The position numbers and the translations under genes are program-made. From positions 19,641 to 83,640 of IMG/VR virus record IMGVR_UViG_3300037486_000467: 64,000 nucleotides of DNA, one strand, 5' to 3'. The notes beneath the pieces were generated by a model, which was not told where the DNA came from, searched no databases, and saw only the letters and a program-made list of their open reading frames with translations. Below, piece by piece: positions 58,373-64,000 of the stretch. Every line of letters begins with the position of its first letter. Within the stretch, counting starts at the first letter, position 1. The DNA comes from a virus.

Positions 58373-60853
58373 TTAAGGCCCATATTGATATACATTAATA
58401 GTTGCTTGGGCAGTTCCCGAAGTAACTCTTATATCACCCGTTCTTCCGGGTCCTGAATATCCAGAACCGCATGAAATAGAGCAATTTTGTCCAGAACTTC
58501 CTGATGCAGTTGGAACATACCAAGACGTGCCATCTCCTAAATCAATTTTTGATGTAGTCCATGTGCCTGAAGAAGTAATAAGTACGTCACAGTCTCCTGA
58601 TATGCAAGCACCGGTTGAATCAAATTCAACAGCATACCATTCTGGAGTAACATAATCTGGCGGTGCTACACTTGCATCTTGAGTAACAATTATAGTTACA
58701 GTAGGTGCAGCTGATAAAACAGTTATAGCTCCATTTCGTGAAGCATCTCCAGCACCTGGTTGAGAAGTACAATTTATAGTAAACACACCATTGCCAGTAC
58801 TCGATTCGTTTGTTATGCTTAGCCATGTACAGGAATCAGATGCCACCCAATAATTGCCACTACTTGCGGTGACAGTTATATTTTGAGTGCCTCCGTTTTT
58901 AGTAAAGTTTTTACTTGTAGGATTAACTGATAAAGTTCCCGTATTTATGCGAATAGAAATATCATATGCGCTACCTCCAAATGCAGAAAATAATCCTATA
59001 ATAGATGGAGCTGACCATCCATAACTTGGAGGTTGAGTTGCACCACCATCTAAATATATACAAACATCTCGTGTAATTGATCCAACATAATTATAATAAT
59101 CAAGAAGACCCGTCAGAATAGTATCAACATTATTTCGTGATAAAGAACAATCACGAGCATTTATATTATAAATTGGACAATTAAAGGCAGATGTAAACAT
59201 TCCTGTAGAAAAAGGAAATCTTATAGTTTGTAGTTTACTATTATGTTCTAAATTAACATAACGTAAGTCTCTTAAAGATGAAATATCTAAAGTTCCTGTT
59301 AAATTACAATGATTAGCATCATAAACAGAAATATCTCCAGTTGTAACATTGGGATTTATTATGCTTGTAAGATTTGGATTATTATGAACATCAAATATTC
59401 CATCCAGTTCTGAAACTTTTGACCAATCTAATGTGCCAGTTAAATTACAATCATACGCACGATAATTATTCATGCTTGATACAGTACTGGGGTTACGAAT
59501 ATACTGAAGATTTGGATTATTATGAACATCAAAATCTGCTCCAAAATATTTAAAACAACTAATGTCTAATGTTCCTGTTAAATTACAATTATACGCATGA
59601 TACGTACTTATAGCACCCGGGGAGCCGATTTCAGAAGTTTTAGCATTAAGTATATATTGAAGAGTTTGATTACCATGAACATCAAACTTTTCAAGAAATG
59701 TAAATGTTGAACAATCTAGAGTACCTGATAAACTGCAATCATATGCATAATAATAAAGCATGACTGCATCTTCAACTTTAGGATTTAATATTTTTGTTAA
59801 TTTTCGATTATTATGAACATCAAAAGTTAATCCTAAATTTGCAATACAAGAAACATCTAATGTTCCTGTTAAATCGCAATCATATGCATAATAATATAAA
59901 TAATTGGCAGAAGAATCAAAATGTATTATTTTTGTAAGTAGTGGATTATCATGAACATCAAAGTATCCGCCCATACCTCTAATTCCTGAACAATCTAATG
60001 TACCAGTTAAATTACAATTATATGCATAATAATATGTAGTAGTATAATTTAAAGCATAAGAGGTATTTTTTAATTTATAAGGATTTTTTATACTTGTTAA
60101 ATTTGTATTATTTTGAACTCTAAAATCACTAATATATAATATACTTGCGCAATTTAACGTACTAGATAAACTACAATCATACGCATAATAATATTCAAAA
60201 GTATCATTTGAACTAGGATTTATTATAGTAGTAAGTTTGGGATTATTTTCAACTCTAAAGCTTCCGCCCAACGATATTAACGGTGAAACATTTAAAGTTC
60301 CTGTTAAATCACAGTTATATGCAAAAAAATTAGCAAAGTTTTGTGTTGAATACGGCACTATCAATGATGTTAAACTTGTATTATCATTAACAACGAGATT
60401 TTGCCCCAAATTTATTAAACAACTTATATCTAAAGTTCCTACTAAATTATCGCTATCCATCCACAATGCTGTAACGCTAGAAGCTCCTGCTGTTGTTCCA
60501 GCATATACGCTAACAGTTTTATTTCCAGAGCCCGCATATGTATGAGTAAAACTATTTGCGTTTACATTATTCGATACATCACCTAAATTCCAATTAAGAA
60601 TGCCAGAAGAAGCTGTAAAAACGGGATCAAACGGATTTGCATATGCATTTGTTGTAAATATAAGAAATGGAATTAAACCAGAAGCTCCATAATTTCTAAA
60701 ATTATATAAACTATTTTTAAATCCTTTATACAATGAATCAAATAAAGCGTCAACAGAAGTATTATAACATGTGCTTAAATCTGTAGTTGCTGGCAAACTT
60801 AATTCTGTTTGAACATTTTTAAGACTAAATGTGTTTGTATCCGGTACTGCCAT
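58373..60853 (-). CDS. LRR-like beta-solenoid virion protein with C-terminal BACON domains
   Basis: Repeats AY.C.LTGTLD.S...FDVHNN..L..I.NP; BACON pattern LSV.P.S..F...GG...I.V....W.....WL...G.G...R.G.I.V......I.V.Q. Confidence 0.75.
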   Translation of the reverse strand: MAVPDTNTFSLKNVQTELSLPATTDLSTCYNTSVDALFDSLYKGFKNSLYNFRNYGASGLIPFLIFTTNAYANPFDPVFTASSGILNWNLGDVSNNVNANSFTHTYAGSGNKTVSVYAGTTAGASSVTALWMDSDNLVGTLDISCLINLGQNLVVNDNTSLTSLIVPYSTQNFANFFAYNCDLTGTLNVSPLISLGGSFRVENNPKLTTIINPSSNDTFEYYYAYDCSLSSTLNCASILYISDFRVQNNTNLTSIKNPYKLKNTSYALNYTTTYYYAYNCNLTGTLDCSGIRGMGGYFDVHDNPLLTKIIHFDSSANYLYYYAYDCDLTGTLDVSCIANLGLTFDVHNNRKLTKILNPKVEDAVMLYYYAYDCSLSGTLDCSTFTFLEKFDVHGNQTLQYILNAKTSEIGSPGAISTYHAYNCNLTGTLDISCFKYFGADFDVHNNPNLQYIRNPSTVSSMNNYRAYDCNLTGTLDWSKVSELDGIFDVHNNPNLTSIINPNVTTGDISVYDANHCNLTGTLDISSLRDLRYVNLEHNSKLQTIRFPFSTGMFTSAFNCPIYNINARDCSLSRNNVDTILTGLLDYYNYVGSITRDVCIYLDGGATQPPSYGWSAPSIIGLFSAFGGSAYDISIRINTGTLSVNPTSKNFTKNGGTQNITVTASSGNYWVASDSCTWLSITNESSTGNGVFTINCTSQPGAGDASRNGAITVLSAAPTVTIIVTQDASVAPPDYVTPEWYAVEFDSTGACISGDCDVLITSSGTWTTSKIDLGDGTSWYVPTASGSSGQNCSISCGSGYSGPGRTGDIRVTSGTAQATINVYQYGP

Positions 60854-63800
60854 TTTTTATTATATTTTCTAATTGTTGTACTCTTTCCTTTAATGAAGCT
60901 ATTTCATATGCAAATAAATCTATGTATGCAACTGACATCATACCGCTATTATCATATCTTATAAAATCTGGATTTATTTTATGAAGATCTTGCGCAATTA
61001 CGCCATATCGTATTTGTCCCAAATTAGATTTTAACTCAAATTTTTTGTATCCTATATTAATAGGGGGTGTAGGGAATGCAGAAATATTAGTCTTTAATCT
61101 TTCATCTGATGTTAAAATAAAGTTTGTTGAATGCATATCACTTGTTGACCAAATTGCTCCAGGTACATATAAAGCTGAACTAACATACTGCAAACCTGTA
61201 ACATATGTTGCAGCAGTAGTTCCATTCCATATCATTACATTATCATCACTACCCCCACTTAATGATGCGCCTGTTATTCCTTGAGTTCCTTGAGTTCCTT
61301 GTCTTCCTTGAATACCTTGTGTTCCTTGAGTTCCTTGACTTCCTGTACCAGTTATTCCTTGAGTTCCTTGAGTTCCCTGAGAACCAGTACCGGTTATTCC
61401 CTGAGTTCCTTGAGTTCCCTGAGAAGCTGCGCCGCCAGAAGTTCCTTGAGTTCCTTGTCTTCCCTGAATTCCTTGAGTTCCCTGAATACCTTGAGTTCCT
61501 TGAGTTCCTTGACTACTTGCACCGCCAGAAGTTCCTTGAATACCTTGAGTTCCTTGAGTTCCTTGAGTTGCTGTACCAGTTATTCCTTGAGTTCCTTGTG
61601 TTCCTTGGCTACTTGCACCACCAGAAGTTCCTTGAGTTCCTTGTCTTCCTTGAATTCCTTGAGTTCCCTGAATACCTTGAGTTCCTTGAGTTCCTTGACT
61701 ACTTGCACCGCCAGAAGTTCCTTGAGTTCCTTGAGTTCCTTGTCTTCCCTGAATACCTTGAGTTCCTTGTGTTCCCTGGCTACTTGCACCACCAAAAGTT
61801 CCCTGAATACCCTGTGTTCCTTGTGTTCCTTGAGCTCCACCAGCGCCAATAACTTCAAGATATCCTGAATTCCACTCAAAGTCTGATATAGATAATGAAG
61901 CATTTGAAATATAATTGGCTTTAATATAAGACGAAGAATCTACATAAGATGATATTAAGAATACGTTATCTAATGAAGCATCTAACGCTGTAATACTTAC
62001 ATCTTGAATTATTTGCCAAGCATATAATTGATTTAATGATGCATCTGTTCCTGCACCAGCTATTCCCTGTGTTCCCTGACGACCCTGAATTCCTTGAGTT
62101 CCTTGAGTTCCTTGAGAACCCGTACCTGTAATACCCTGAGTTCCTTGAGTTCCTTGAGAACCAGTACCTGTAATACCCTGAGTTCCTTGAGTTCCTTGAC
62201 GACCTTGGCTGCCTTGGCTGCCCTGAGATCCTTGAATACCCTGAGTTCCTTGAGTTCCTTGAGATCCTGTTCCAGTTATACCTTGTGTTCCTTGAGTTCC
62301 TTGAGAACCAGTACCAGTTATGCCTTGAGTTCCTTGAGTTCCTTGACGACCTTGGCTGCCTTGGCTGCCCTGAGATCCTTGAATACCCTGTGTTCCTTGT
62401 GTTCCTTGAGAACCTGTGCCAGTAATACCCTGAGTTCCCTGTGTTCCTTGAGAACCCGTACCAGTTATGCCTTGAGTTCCTTGAGTTCCTTGAGAACCTG
62501 TACCAGTAATACCTTGAGTTCCTTGAGTTCCTTGGCGACCTTGGCTACCTTGAGCACCTTGAATTCCCTGTGTTCCTTGAGTTCCTTGAGAACCAGTTAT
62601 ACCTTGAGTTCCTTGAGTTCCTTGTGTTCCTTGAAGACCTGAAATTTCTGACCAATGATGGCCATCAAGATAATCAGCATTAAGATTAACTACTTGCGTT
62701 GTAGAACTAACTGTCATCGGCGCGGTTCCAGTAGCAACAGTTGAAGTTAAAGCATTTCCACCTACATTAAAAGGAAATGTTACGCTCTGATATCTATCTA
62801 TAGAATAAATATTTCTTTTTCCAAATGGATATGATCCCCACCACTCTAAGCCTTGTATATAAAAATCATTAGCATAATTCCATTGAGCACATGAGAAAGT
62901 TAATCTAACACCATCTGAAAGCGCGCTCGGATGAAACCAAATAGGAGTATGAGGAATCCAAAGATGTCCAGGCCAATTATTAAACGCACCACTTGTAACA
63001 GTAGACCATGTAGATGTATCATGGTCACGTTTTTCCATTAATATATTAATACTATTTCCGCTAGTTCCGTTTCCGATATATAATGCATTTAATGCTACAT
63101 AACTCGCGCTAATCCATGTTAATCTATAATATCCTGTGCTAGCACTGGCTAAAGGCAATGCATATATAGTAGTTAAACAATCTTCTCCTATCATTAAATC
63201 TCCTAACTGAGCAGCTGTTGCTCGAGTAGAAGTTGTCCATGTACTACCATCAGTAGATTGTTCTTGTGAATTAGGAGCTATAAATCTAAGCTTATTGTTC
63301 ATTTCGCTATGAATCATGGCGATTTCTTCTAATGTAGGACTTCCTAAATTAGTTATAACACTATTAAGAGGATTTTTAACGCCGGTAATAGCTTGTGCTG
63401 TTAAATATGTACCATCGAATGTTAAATTTGACTCAGCATAAGCAGAATTTGCAGTTCCATCGCTTGTAAGAACTCTATTATCTGCAGCGTTTGCTATAGT
63501 TGTAAAGCCAGTTCCTTGAGTTCCTTGAGCTCCAGTTATACCTTGTGTTCCTTGAGTTCCTTGACGACCCTGACTGCCTTGAGCACCTTGAATTCCTTGA
63601 GTTCCTTGTGTTCCTTGAGCTCCAGTTATACCTTGAGTTCCTTGAGTTCCTTGAGCTCCAGTTATACCTTGTGTTCCTTGAGTTCCTTGACGACCTTGGC
63701 TTCCCTGAGAACCTTGAGCACCTTGAATTCCTTGAGTTCCTTGTGTTCCCTGAGCTCCAGTTATACCTTGAGTTCCTTGTGTTCCTTGAGCTCCAGTTAT

Positions 63801-64000
63801 TCCTTGAGTTCCTTGAGTTCCTTGAGAACCAGTTATTCCTTGAGTTCCTTGTGTTCCTTGAGAACCTTGAATACCTTGAGTTCCTTGAGTTCCTTGAGAA
63901 CCAGTTATTCCTTGAGTTCCTTGAGTTCCTTGAGCTCCAGTTATACCTTGTGTTCCTTGAGTTCCTTGACGACCTTGGCTTCCCTGAGAACCTTGAGCAC
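60825..64000 (-). CDS. Collagen-like tail fibre with C-terminal peptidase S74 chaperone (5' end beyond window)
   Basis: Frame continues upstream of ATG 63317 into further GTQ repeats at the window edge; C-terminal TSDERLKTNI...GVIAQDL...V.Y S74 motif. Confidence 0.88.
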   Translation of the reverse strand, partial: AQGSQGSQGRQGTQGTQGITGAQGTQGTQGITGSQGTQGTQGIQGSQGTQGTQGITGSQGTQGTQGITGAQGTQGTQGITGAQGTQGTQGIQGAQGSQGSQGRQGTQGTQGITGAQGTQGTQGITGAQGTQGTQGIQGAQGSQGRQGTQGTQGITGAQGTQGTGFTTIANAADNRVLTSDGTANSAYAESNLTFDGTYLTAQAITGVKNPLNSVITNLGSPTLEEIAMIHSEMNNKLRFIAPNSQEQSTDGSTWTTSTRATAAQLGDLMIGEDCLTTIYALPLASASTGYYRLTWISASYVALNALYIGNGTSGNSINILMEKRDHDTSTWSTVTSGAFNNWPGHLWIPHTPIWFHPSALSDGVRLTFSCAQWNYANDFYIQGLEWWGSYPFGKRNIYSIDRYQSVTFPFNVGGNALTSTVATGTAPMTVSSTTQVVNLNADYLDGHHWSEISGLQGTQGTQGTQGITGSQGTQGTQGIQGAQGSQGRQGTQGTQGITGTGSQGTQGTQGITGTGSQGTQGTQGITGTGSQGTQGTQGIQGSQGSQGSQGRQGTQGTQGITGTGSQGTQGTQGITGTGSQGTQGTQGIQGSQGSQGSQGRQGTQGTQGITGTGSQGTQGTQGITGTGSQGTQGTQGIQGRQGTQGIAGAGTDASLNQLYAWQIIQDVSITALDASLDNVFLISSYVDSSSYIKANYISNASLSISDFEWNSGYLEVIGAGGAQGTQGTQGIQGTFGGASSQGTQGTQGIQGRQGTQGTQGTSGGASSQGTQGTQGIQGTQGIQGRQGTQGTSGGASSQGTQGTQGITGTATQGTQGTQGIQGTSGGASSQGTQGTQGIQGTQGIQGRQGTQGTSGGAASQGTQGTQGITGTGSQGTQGTQGITGTGSQGTQGTQGIQGRQGTQGTQGITGASLSGGSDDNVMIWNGTTAATYVTGLQYVSSALYVPGAIWSTSDMHSTNFILTSDERLKTNISAFPTPPINIGYKKFELKSNLGQIRYGVIAQDLHKINPDFIRYDNSGMMSVAYIDLFAYEIASLKERVQQLENIIKNGSTGYKHI
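61270..61835 (-). repeat. Collagen-like (G-T/S/I/R-Q)n repeat block
   Basis: 9-nt ggaactcaa-type tandem. Confidence 0.9.
62060..62640 (-). repeat. Collagen-like (GTQ)n repeat block
   Basis: 9-nt tandem. Confidence 0.9.
63510..64000 (-). repeat. Collagen-like (GTQ)n repeat block
   Basis: 9-nt tandem to window end. Confidence 0.9.

Noticed and set aside
61045-62642. LSSLSS / LEFLEF ORFs in other frames
   Set aside because: Alternative-frame readouts of the 9-nt collagen repeat.
1-64000. Stop-codon reassignment as in some jumbo or crAss-like phages
   Set aside because: Core genes are intact and densely packed in code 11; TAG and TGA serve as real stops at gene junctions.

Overview
AT-rich segment of a T4-superfamily-like jumbo myophage genome in the standard genetic code. 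The host is probably a Bacteroidota member, based on a T9SS sorting domain, BACON domains and A-rich, SD-less starts. The plus strand (1-30.7 kb) encodes an array of small variable proteins, gp15-, gp55-, gp4- and gp2-like genes, portal, a permuted two-piece tmRNA, Tmk, an ECF sigma, an exonuclease, a lysozyme, a vWA-metallopeptidase/AAA+ pair and a T9SS-type beta-helix protein. The minus strand (30.7-64 kb) encodes a 3206-aa tape measure protein, tail chaperones, tube, sheath, terminase subunits, neck, LamG/LRR-BACON/collagen fibres and a glycan-modification cassette. The most striking signal is a ~25-aa tag, MKLVxEHINE-KFxEDSDPIxDMGIG, found 12 times in 7 ORFs and fused to unrelated payloads, including internally in apparent polyproteins. 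Its first 10 residues mirror the T4 capsid-targeting/prohead-protease leader, which suggests a modular system of head-packaged, injected effectors. Other notable signals are the permuted tmRNA and a recurring AAAAC(T)-N16-ATATAA promoter that suggests an ECF-to-gp55 sigma cascade. All assignments come from motif recognition by eye; no database searches were run.
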